From positions 3,658,001-3,722,000 of the forward strand of contig NC_089432.1 of the NCBI RefSeq assembly GCF_026210795.1: a stretch of 64,000 nucleotides of DNA. Reading direction: 5' to 3'. Positions 1-10,488 of this stretch are shown piece by piece. The translations under genes and the position numbers were made by a program. Position 1 is the first letter of the stretch, and each line of letters opens with the position of its first letter. The notes below the pieces were generated by a model. The model was given only the letters and a program-made list of their open reading frames with translations, did not search any database and was not told the DNA's origin. This stretch comes from Rhizophagus irregularis (lineage: Eukaryota).

Positions 1-77
1 CCTGGACTGGCATATATATTCATATATTATTTCCGGGCTGGGCCAGGTTTTAAAATATGGGCAAATGCCAACCTCTA
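1..77. mobile_element. Possible right end of a hAT-like element (truncated by window edge)
   Basis: Ends in GCCAACCTCTA (reverse complement TAGAGGTTGGC, a hAT-type terminus) after GC-rich ccgggctgggccagg subterminal sequence. The other end is not in the window. Confidence 0.3.
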
Positions 78-1329
78 GAACATGATGCTTATTATGTATT
101 GAATACGGCATTTAAATTTAATAGAATCAGATAAAGCTAAAGCATGTTTTACTTATGTGAGTTATGCATAATTTATTATTTGACTCCTTAATGTATCTGA
201 CAAACTATCAAAATGGACAAAAAATAAGCAAATTGTTTATTATATTAATATATATTTCAAAATGTTTCAAATAAACTACAGTAAAAGATCAATTTGGAAT
301 TTTAATTCCTAATTCTACTAAAATTTTAATACGATGTCCAGCTAAGTCAACTCCAATATTTTTTAATTGACCCAACAAATCAACAGTATATCCATTATCA
401 ATAAAATTAGTTTCATATTTTAGAAAAGAATCACCAAATTTCATAAGAAAATCTCCTTTCTTTATATTTAGATTGTAATGGTGTTTCGTTGAATAATAAC
501 CATGTTGATAAGAATTGTACATTGGTGGCATTGGTGGTGACATTTGATAAATGATCATAGGTTGTGATCTAAGATTATTTCCAGTTGTTTTTGGTAAAGC
601 ATTAGTTTTTTGCTTTTTTGATTGGATTGCTGGTGGTAAAAATGATGTTTAAGAAGGTGATTTTGACAAAGATGTTCTTTTGTTTTCTGGTATATTTCTT
701 TCTGGTTTAGAATCATCAACTTATAAGTATATTTAATTTATTAATTAATTCAATTAATTCAAGTAAATAAGAAGCAAACATGATGTTTACTAATCATTTA
801 ACACCAATCAATTTTCAACAATAAATCAATGGAAAATAATACATACTTAAACAGTATTTATTTTAGTGAAATTAACAAAATGATGGTTCTGAACAATACA
901 TTGCGCAAATGATTTAATATCTCAGACCTTTTTTTTTATCATCAAGAATTTCACTTATCTGCTCTACTTTCTTTAATTGCTGTAAGATAAAATATAATAG
1001 TATAATTGTATCATTTATTTGAATAAATTGCAGTTAAGAATTAAGAAATGTTAATAGATGCTTTTTCTTTAGTTCCTTTAATTGTAATTTTTTCTTTCAG
1101 ATTTTGTGTATCTTGTGTTAAAGGTCTTTTTAACGTATTTGTTTTAGGTTCTATATAATAAAAAGAGAAATTGTTAATCTGCCTAACAATTTAAATATCT
1201 TAATTATTTAAATAATCACCTAATTCAGGAATACGCCTCAATCTGCAAGTATTTGTATAATTTTTGCTCGCTTTTCCATTTTTTCTAGATCTTATATTGT
1301 GATCTTGTTGCTATCAATCCATAATTTTT

Positions 1330-2489
1330 TAATTATCTAATGGGCTATTCTGAAAAACAAACAGTGCATTAGATCTATGACAAGGTACCTTATCAGATTA
1401 AAATATGACAATCGAAGCAATTTGGACCATCTAACATGGGTCGAACTCACATGACATTTTCTTTCCTCCTCAGATTTACATAGTCTCCAAAGCTCAGCAT
1501 TCCATGATGTTCATCCATATCTCTTTCTACAAACCAGTCAACCATATCATCAAAGCCGCCAAAATTTGATTTATTTTCATTTCCATATGAATTTGCTGTT
1601 TTATAACACCTATGGCAGCTCACTGATGCTGATGTGTGACTGCAGAGCTTTCTCGCCACAGAAATATCATTTGAACAGCATATTAATGCAAATCAGATAT
1701 TTTTTTCAGCGGCGGGAATCTTAATCCCATCCCAGAACTCTAATAACTCATCAATAATCAGAGCGAGATAATGATTAATTTTGTGTAACTTAACCTTGCT
1801 TGGTCCTGGTAGTAGACCAAGCATCAACATATTTTCTTTTTTAAATCTAATTTCACATGGTATGACTCAAAAGGCTGAAACCAATCAAGATTAATTATAT
1901 TTTCTAAGTGAGAATCTGCAGTCTCCGGTATAAAAATGGGACATCTGAAGTGTCTAAAAAAGTTTTCCAGATTTTACCATCATAAATATCTGCTAACATA
2001 CCATAATTTACATCCCGATTGGTCCATTTTGTAGTTATTGCTTGAATTCTGGTCTCTGGTACAAACTGTTTATTTGTATTTTCAAATTCTACAATGGAAA
2101 TAACAATTTGGAGCATCTTTTATTTTCATTACCATGCGGTACTTGCACATTTAATTCCATTCTGCAAGATTTTTCATTCTATATGTATACATTTAAATCC
2201 TTCATTTAGCTATATTATATAATGTATTACAGCTTGGATATACTGCATAAGTCATAGATTGGTTGTCAATTCATAATAACTTGAATTTCGTCTGATTAGC
2301 ATCCATTAATATTTGATAAAAAAGCTTTATCAAAGAATCTAGTGCAACATCCGGCAAGAAAAATCTTGCTTGATATTTGAATATCCATGTTAATATCCAA
2401 GAATCTGCAATATTAACATTTGTGTTAAGATATGTGAATTCTAAATCAACAGGATCGTCATTCAAATCCATATTGTCTTCTGGAGAAAT
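1330..2489 (-). pseudogene. CACTA/CMC (EnSpm/Tnp2-like) transposase remnant, interrupted upstream by retroelement copy A
   Basis: Frameshifted fragments read WILTWIFKYQARF, LADIYDGKIWKTF, LDWFQPF, RFKKENMLMLGLLPGP, ARKLCSH..C..C and RWSKLLRLSYFNLIRYLVIDLMHCLF, which resemble Tnp2/Transposase_21 motifs. The frame reads across the copy A insertion site (EPINEGDISPEDNMDL). Confidence 0.7.
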
Positions 2490-4432
2490 TTATTTATTTA
2501 TTTATTTATTTTATGCGAAGCAGGCAGGGGATATAACAAAGGGTATGATTCCGAAGTAATACAACCCAAATAGATCCTACCATCGATTTCCAGAAGAGCC
2601 AGAAGCCAACCCTAACTACTTGAAAATAAAAGACCTGTACCACTACCACGTCCGATAAAGGTCCAGGCAAACACACTGGGTAAAAAAAAGGAGGGGGAAA
2701 GAAAGTGGAGAGGACAAGTCCTCTTTTCAAGAAATTCAGTACAAACGCATAAATCTATTCTATCCTAAAAAATAATACAATTCTGAAAGTTGTAAAACCG
2801 CTAATAAAAGCATAGGCTAAACTAGTTTCTGTAATAAAGTTAAAATCTCTGCTAAAACCACCGTGTTATCTTTATTACCACCCTTTTTCTTCGAGGAATT
2901 CTTTGCCTTCTTCTAAGTTTTCGGGTGTTTCTCCTCCTGGTTATTATTTTTTGGGACTTTCTTCGAGGATGTAGGTTTATCCTTCTTCTTAGGCTGATTA
3001 CTTTCCAAATTCTTATCAGACTTACCGTATTTTTTCGGATTCAGTGTATTTTTAGCCTTCGGTTTATTTTGTGCTTTCTTCAAGGTAGGAATGGAGTGTC
3101 GACACCATTTCAACTCCTTACCATCAGGTACGAAAAACTGTGGCGTATCTAAGGCCCTTAGTGTGGTCTCCCAATTCTCGAAATAGACCACAAGTTTCCT
3201 CCTTCCTTTACTTGTTTGAATTACTTTAAATGAGCTAGCACCGCACTTCATTAAAAATTCACATGGTTTACAGTCCATCCACAAGGTAGCCATCATCATA
3301 TCCTCTGGAATGTCATGAATAACGGCTTGGAACTTTTCACGTTGTTTTCTTTCTCGTAAAGTCCAACTTGCAGAGAATCATCTAACGGGTATACCTCCCA
3401 GGTCTGTCGTCCAATATTTATTAAACTGGGGAAGGGCAAATGAGGATAGTGCTATCTTGACTCGAAGAGTCTGATACTTGTGTTGACGTTTAACAAAACA
3501 CTTGATAGTATTACCCCAAAATTTTAACTCTGCTATTATTTTCTGCAGGTTCCAGGTATACGGGATATCGTAAACTATAATGTCTCAGATTCGCTCTTGC
3601 TCCTCTCCGACAGCTTTGTATCCTGTCAGTATCTGTGTAGCCTCTGGTTCGGATGATTTCTTTCCCTTATGGGAATTTTTGGCTGATGTTATCACATCAG
3701 GTTTTGCCTTTGTTGATTGGTTCGCGACTTGTTTATCATCTGTAACACGCGCCTTTTGTTTATCTTTCTTCCGGGAGTTTTCGGGTATTACAGTTTGATC
3801 AACATGGGGCATTACTATATCAGGCATTGATGGAAGCTTGATAGGTACTGGATTTGGTGGCATTTGAAATCCTTGGCGTAAAAGTTCATCTACATCAGGC
3901 TCAAGCGGATATGACTCATCCATCAGATAATCATCAGTATTCTGAGATCCATCGTCATCATCGTCATCATCATCACCTGTATCGCCAAAATTGAGATAGA
4001 ATTGGGTAGAAAAATTATCCCAAGACTTGGACGCAGCATATAGCACTATAGAAAATATTAGCGAAAGGGTGGTGGGTTGTATATTCGTAGCTTGAGCTTG
4101 TGAAGTGAAGTTCGCAGGGTTGGCTGTCTCGCCAAACCTCTGTATCAGTAACTGGGCTTTATCCTTAGGTACTGAGGGGTTTTTTTCAAATAAGTCCTTG
4201 AGGAAACCGTCCTGTACAAAAGAACTTAAGTTGTGCGTAAAAGTTTGAAAATAAATTTCGTTAAACTTAGAAACGAAGTCTAAAGCTTCTTCGTTTGGTG
4301 TTCGGCTCTTATCCATAGACATTTTTATATTTTATGTAATAAAAATTTAATAAAGGGGATTATTTTTTAAAAAAAATTATTATGCAGAAATTTTCGTAAA
4401 AAATGTATTCGGGAAAGAGTTTTGTCAAAATC
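2490..4432 (-). mobile_element. ORF1-only non-LTR retroelement, copy A (full length, ORF inactivated)
   Basis: 17-bp direct repeat TTGTCTTCTGGAGAAAT at 2473-2489 and 4433-4449. (TAAA)n tail at about 2490-2514 on the minus strand. Colinear end to end with copies B and C. Confidence 0.9.
2817..4322 (-). pseudogene. ORF1-like protein of copy A with three in-frame stops
   Basis: Same 1506-nt span as the intact copy C ORF. Stops are CGA>TGA (3585-3587), TGG>TGA (3378-3380) and CAG>TAG (2913-2915). Confidence 0.9.
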
Positions 4433-5137
4433 TTGTCTTCTGGAGAAATGTCACCTTCATTAATTGGTTCATTGCTTTTCTTATTGGCTTTTGGTTCCTG
4501 AAACTGGTTTTGTCTACGTCTTTTTTGAGGGACGATGCTATCAAAGAGGGAGGATCCTAGACCATTTAATGCAAGTCCTAGTATTAAGTTATTTCTATCG
4601 CTGATATGACATTGCGCAAAGTTTTAAGAATTCAGCACATGTGTCGAGGAATTTCACACGTATGATAGTCAGTAATGATCAAAATACTGATATATAACAA
4701 AAGATCTTCTGCAAATCAACAGATCAAAAGAATATTAGAATTATTTTGAAAAATGGCATATATTTAGGGAATGGAAGCAGGTTTGTGAGGAATGTGATCA
4801 TCACTTAGAAAGAATATGTAAGTGATATGAATGTCCTTGGATAATTTGATCAATAAAGCAATAGTGCAAATTCACTATAATTTTTTTTTTGCATGGAGTG
4901 GGATGTGGAATTATGTAAAATAATATATACTATTTTTCGATTAAGTTTTATTGTAGCTTGATAAATAAATGCACAGTAATATTATAGTAATCATTACATG
5001 TATTATGGTAATAAGTAGTTGTGCAAAATAATAGAGTTCCAATCTGTTATCTGACAGATAATCACATTTTGACAGTTGTATGCTTATTTAATTAATATAA
5101 AAAAGCATTTTTTTTAAGGATATCCTAAGAGTATAAT

Positions 5138-5419
5138 AGGGCTCCAGACATCTCTTATAGAACTCACAACTGACTTTTTACCAAAAAAAGACCCAATTTG
5201 CTTTTTTTTTATTTTCCATTTTTTGCTATCCAGTGATCCATTTTATGCGGATATTTTTTATTTTGTAGAGCTCGATGTAAGCTACAAAACAAAAAAAGTT
5301 CATACAAATTGGACCACTGGATGCCAAGATAATCGCAAAAAACTGATTTTTTTTTGTGAAATTTAGGTCAATCTGCGAAAAAGTTGCCACTAAGTTGTAT
5401 ATGTAATGTCCAGGGTCCT
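5138..5419. mobile_element. MITE with AGG...CCT termini and internal palindrome
   Basis: Imperfect TIR AGGGCTCCAGACAT / ATGTCCAGGGTCCT. TSD AGTATAAT at 5130-5137 and 5420-5427 (8 bp, or 9 bp with an alternative boundary). Related to the 7123-8146 element. Confidence 0.75.
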
Positions 5420-7122
5420 AGTATAATACAGTATATAATTTAATAAATAAACTTTCTTTTCAAAAATGAAAGTGAGGAGAAATTAGGAATGAATTAAAAT
5501 ATCATCTGATAAATGAAAATTTCAATCTGCCCATTTATTTTATGTTCAATTAATTAAATAATGCATAGTCTGATCATCTTACATCGAATGCAGTTCCTAA
5601 ATTATAAATTATGAAACATAAATGTCACTTTCCAAAAATAAATGAAAAGAAATTGAAATAATTTATTCTCAAATTTTCTCGTATATTCTCAAATTATATA
5701 TAGCCCCTTGATGATCTTTATATATAGATAGCGTTAAATTCTTTATTGTTAAATTAAGAAAATGCTGTTGATCAGATTTTTGTGATACGTAATTTTTCCT
5801 TAAGTGTGTTTTAATATTGATCCTGCAAATTGTATAAAAAGGTGATGTTCTAGTTAGTAAATCTTTTTATCTGCCTTGTGTGAATATAAGCAAGAATTAA
5901 GAAAAAATCAAATGAAAATTCTAATAAAATTATTACTGCCATTATTTGCATTATCAATATTTACAATCAAATGTTCTGCAAAGTAAATAATTAGTTTATT
6001 GCTTGGTTAGCTTCTTAACACGATCTTAATCTTCTTGTTATATATTGGCATTTTAATCATTGCCAAGAAAATCTTTGACTATTATCATGCATCTAATAGG
6101 CGCAGTGAAATAACTAGCAGTATTACGAGAATATTATCTAATCTAATCGAATCCACGTATCTCATCAGCACAGTAAAAATTGCTGTAGCTTTCCTATTAT
6201 CCCATCAACAAAATTTGGCACAGCATTGTGCTAGCAATAAAAAAATTGATATAACGCTTAGTTAGCAATAGTGATAGAATAAATTAGGTGTAGAAGTTTA
6301 TAAAAAGTCAGAGAGAGCAAAGGAATAACTTGATGCTGGGACTCACATTAAATGGCCTAGGATCTGTGTGCTCCCTACCTCTTTAATAGTATCATATATT
6401 TCATTCGCTTCTCTATCATTTTCTAATTCATGTGTAGATTTTTCCCATTTCATAAAAATCTATTCGTCATAGTACAGTCAACTCTCTTTATAGTCACACA
6501 TTTGGGACAACCCATTTTCCGTGATTATAAAGAGATGTGACTATAAACAAAAAAAATTTTTTTTTTTTGCATATTTCAATAATAAACATATTATAAAAAC
6601 GTAGGAAATAATTTATTTTAATATATTTATTGTAATTTATTATAAAATTAAAATTTAAAACCTAATTATACTAATTATATTATTGTTAGTTATTAAAATC
6701 AATTTATACAATATTAATAGTATTTAACTATAAGAAAAATAATTGTCAATTGACTTCTGTTGTAAAGAATTAATATAATGAAATTTTAAATCAGAAGCAT
6801 AATATCTAAAACGTTTAAGATCTTCCATTTTACAACTATTATCAATAGGTTGTTGTTCATAAAAAAGAATTACCTTTTTAATTGCATCAAAAGCTTCTTT
6901 TGGTAAAACTTATGGAGTTAATTCCTCTTCATTATCAATATTATCTTCTGTAGTAGGCACTTCTTCATTTTGCACAAGATTTATAATTTGTGTATCATTC
7001 AAGATTTCTTCGGTATGTGGAGAAATTTCATCATTAATATAATTCATTAAATCATATTGAACCTTATTATAATTATCAATAAAAATAATTGGAATGATAT
7101 TTGGAATTTCATTAACAAGTAC

Positions 7123-8146
7123 AGGACCCCGGTGTAACCCTAGATATCGAAATAATCACGTGAACAGAGGAATAATTATCCGAAGGCTGAATGAAATACC
7201 GAATGGAATATGGATAAACATTTAACCGACGAAAAAATATTTAACTGAAATAATTAGAAATACATTGTTATAGTTGTACAATAGTTAGTTATTTATAATA
7301 ATATTTATTTATAATTCAGTTATTTATAATTATTTATATTATTAGATTAGTTATTAGTAGTCTAGCATAAATAGATTATTATTTCGTTGGGAGGACTTTG
7401 ATAGTTTAATTGATGGAATGGGAAAATTATAAATGATAAATTAAAAGGGAATCAGACAAATCAATTGTTGGGGAAATAATTCATGGATACAGATTTATAA
7501 TGAAAATGTTAAGTTGGGGAATGTATAATGGAATAACAAGTAAATTGTTGGGGAATGTTAAGTTTTAGATAGATGATCAAGAGATAAGAAAAGATATTCA
7601 AGATAAGAAAAGTTATTTAAGATCGAGATTTTGGACTTAAGTGAAGAGAGGGAGTTTCGACTTGAAATTGAAAATAATATTGGGAACTTAGGAAAATATA
7701 ATGATAATTAATAATGTTATGATAACACTAAGGGAAATTATCGAAGTTTGAAATTTTGAATAAATTAAAATGATAAAATCTAAACCAAGCACGGATACAT
7801 ATATATTTATAAATGTTAAGATTTCGTCTATCGGTACGTGGCAGGTGCCGGTGACACCGGATATCTAATATAAAGGTCATAATGGACTTTTGGCCAAAAA
7901 CACCCCTTTTTGCTGAAACTCAAAAAATCGTTTTTTGTAAATATCTCAGCATCCAGTAATTCAATTTTAATGAACTTTTTTTATTTTGTAGCCCTCATTT
8001 AGCTCTACAATTTAAAAAAAAGTTCATCAAAATTGAACTACTGGATGCTGAGATATTTACAAAAAACGATTTTTTGAGCCCCTGAAAAATGGGCCAATCT
8101 GCCGAAAGTGTGACTTATGACCTGTTTTGGAGATATCCGGGGTCCT
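7123..8146. mobile_element. MITE (AGGACCCCGG termini) inserted in the pogo transposase and itself carrying a solo LTR
   Basis: TSD ACAAGTAC at 7115-7122 and 8147-8154. Removing 7133-7860 restores the left TIR AGGACCCCGGATATCT, which matches the right TIR AGATATCCGGGGTCCT. Contains a ~160-bp palindrome at 7919-8078. Confidence 0.85.
7133..7856. mobile_element. Solo LTR (~724 bp)
   Basis: TGTAAC...GTGACA termini (TG..CA, short inverted repeat). 4-bp TSD CCGG at 7129-7132 and 7857-7860. Its removal exactly restores the host TIR. Confidence 0.8.
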
Positions 8147-8433
8147 ACAAGTACACCCAATCCTCGTACAGTACTATCTTGTGTTTCTTGAATTAATTCA
8201 GAATCAGAAATAGATACAATTCTGGTTTCATTCCAGCAATTGCATATAGTTTTCTGTTCTACACTTTCCCAGGCTTCAGCAACGAAGTCAATTGCTTGTT
8301 TAATGTTTAATTTGTTTCTATACTTAAAAAAATTATCAGTAAACATAAAAAAATATAAAATTATAAAAAAAAATAAATACTTGCCTATGTACATCAAAAC
8401 CTTGTTCAAATTGTTCAATTAAATGTCGAACAT

Positions 8434-10367
8434 TTATTTATTTATTTATTTTATGTGAAGCCGGCAGTGGATACAAAACTGAGCGTGATTCCGAAGTAAT
8501 ACAACCCAACTAAATCCTACCATCGAATTCCAGAGGAGCTGGAGCCCAACCCAAACTTTTTGAAAATAAAAGACCTGCATTACTACCACTACCGATAATA
8601 ATCCAGGAGAACACACTGGGTAAAAATAGGGGGGGAAAAAAGTGGAGAGGACAAGTCCCCTTTCCAAGAAATTGTGGTGCAAACACATAAATCAATTCTA
8701 TCCTAAAAAATAATACAATTCTGAAATTTGTATGTAAAACCGCTAATTAAAGCGTAGGCTAAACTAGTTTCTGTAATAAAGTTAAAATCTCTGCTAAAAC
8801 CGCCTTGTTATCTTTATTACCACCCTTAGTCTTCGAGGTATTTCTTTGCCTTCTTCTGATTCTTTGGGTGTTTCTCCTCCTGGTTATTATTTTTCAGGAC
8901 TTTCTTCGAGGACGTGGGTTTATCCTTCTTCTTAGGCTGTTTACTTTCCAAATTTTTGTCAGACTTACCTGACTTTTTCGTATTCGGTGTATTTTTAGCC
9001 TTCGGTTTGCTTTGTGCTTTTTTCAAGGTAGGAATGGAGTGTCGACACCATTTCAACTCCCTACCATCAGGTACGAAAAACTGTGGCGTATCTAAGGCCC
9101 TTAGTGTGGTCTCCCAATTCTCGAAATAGGCCACAAGTTTCCTCCTTCCTTTACTTGTTTGTATGATTTTAAATGAGCTAGCACCGCACTTCATTAAAAA
9201 TTCACATGGTTTACAGTCCATCCACAAGGTAGCCATCGTCATATCCTCCGGAATGTCATGAATGACGGCTTGGAACTTTTCACGTTGTTTTCTTTCTCGT
9301 AAAGTCCAACTTGCAGAGAACCATCTAACAGGTATACCTCCCAGGTCTGTCGTCCAATATTTATTAAACTGGGGAAGGGAAAATGAGGAAAGAGCTATTT
9401 TGACTCGAAGAGTCTGATACTTATGTTGCCGTTTAACGGAACATTTAATAGCGTTCTCCCAAAATTTTAACTCTGCTATAATTTTCTGCAGGTTCCAGGT
9501 ATACGGGATATCGTAAACTATAATGTCTCGGATTCGCTCTTGCTCCTCTCCGACAGCTTCATATCCTGTCAGTATCTGTGTAGCCTTCAGTTCGGATGAT
9601 TTCTTTCTCTTATGGGAATTTTTGGCTGATGTTTTCACATCAGGTTTTGCCTTTAGTGATTGGTTCACGACTTGTTTATCATCTGTAACACGCGCCTTTT
9701 GTTTATCTTTCTTCCGGGAATTTTCGGGTATCACAGTTTGATCAACAGGGGTCATTACTATATCAGGCATTGATGGAAGCTTGATAGGTACTGGATTTGG
9801 TGGTGATTGGAATCCTTGGCGTATTAGATCATCTACATCTTGATCAAGAAATGGAGACGCATCCATTAGGTAATCATCAGTATCCTGAGATTCCCTATCT
9901 TCGTCATCATCATCATCACCAGTATCGCCAAATTTGCAATAGAATTGGGTAGAAAAATTATCCCAAGACTTGGATGCAGCATATAGCGCTATAGAAAATA
10001 TTAGCGAAGGGGTGGTGGGTTGTATATTCGTAGCTTGAGCTTGTGTAGTGAAGTTCGCAGGGTTGGCTGTTTCGCCAAACTTCTGTATCAGTAACTGAGC
10101 TTTATCCTTAGATACTGAGGGGTTTTTTTCAAATAAGTCCTTGAGGAAACCGTCCTGTACAAAAGAACTCAAGTGATATGTAACGGTGTGAAAATATTGG
10201 TCGTTAAACAAGGAAACGAAGTCTAAAGCTTCTTCGTTTGGTGTTCGGCTCTTATCCATAGACATTTTTATATTTATGTAATAAAATTTAATAAAGGGGA
10301 TTATTTTTTAAAAAAAATTATTACGCAGAAATTTTCGTAAAAAATGTATTCGGGAAAGAGTTTTTCT
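8434..10367 (-). mobile_element. ORF1-only non-LTR retroelement, copy B (full length)
   Basis: 15-bp TSD TTAAATGTCGAACAT at 8419-8433 and 10368-10382; (TAAA)n tail. Inserted in a coding exon of the pogo transposase. Confidence 0.9.
8826..10265 (-). CDS. ORF1-like protein of copy B (479 aa; a +1 frameshift removes the C-terminal helix)
   Basis: Highly similar to the copy C protein. One extra A near 8845 gives KKYLED*. The family stop would be at 8759-8761. Confidence 0.8.
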   Translation of the reverse strand: MSMDKSRTPNEEALDFVSLFNDQYFHTVTYHLSSFVQDGFLKDLFEKNPSVSKDKAQLLIQKFGETANPANFTTQAQATNIQPTTPSLIFSIALYAASKSWDNFSTQFYCKFGDTGDDDDDEDRESQDTDDYLMDASPFLDQDVDDLIRQGFQSPPNPVPIKLPSMPDIVMTPVDQTVIPENSRKKDKQKARVTDDKQVVNQSLKAKPDVKTSAKNSHKRKKSSELKATQILTGYEAVGEEQERIRDIIVYDIPYTWNLQKIIAELKFWENAIKCSVKRQHKYQTLRVKIALSSFSLPQFNKYWTTDLGGIPVRWFSASWTLRERKQREKFQAVIHDIPEDMTMATLWMDCKPCEFLMKCGASSFKIIQTSKGRRKLVAYFENWETTLRALDTPQFFVPDGRELKWCRHSIPTLKKAQSKPKAKNTPNTKKSGKSDKNLESKQPKKKDKPTSSKKVLKNNNQEEKHPKNQKKAKKYLED

Positions 10368-10488
10368 TTAAATGTCGAACATATAACTGCTTGTATTTAA
10401 CCTATTTTATGCAATAATTTAAAATTGATCACATGATTACACATCACGTACAGTCAGCCCTTGATATAACGAAGTAGGCGTTCGGGCC

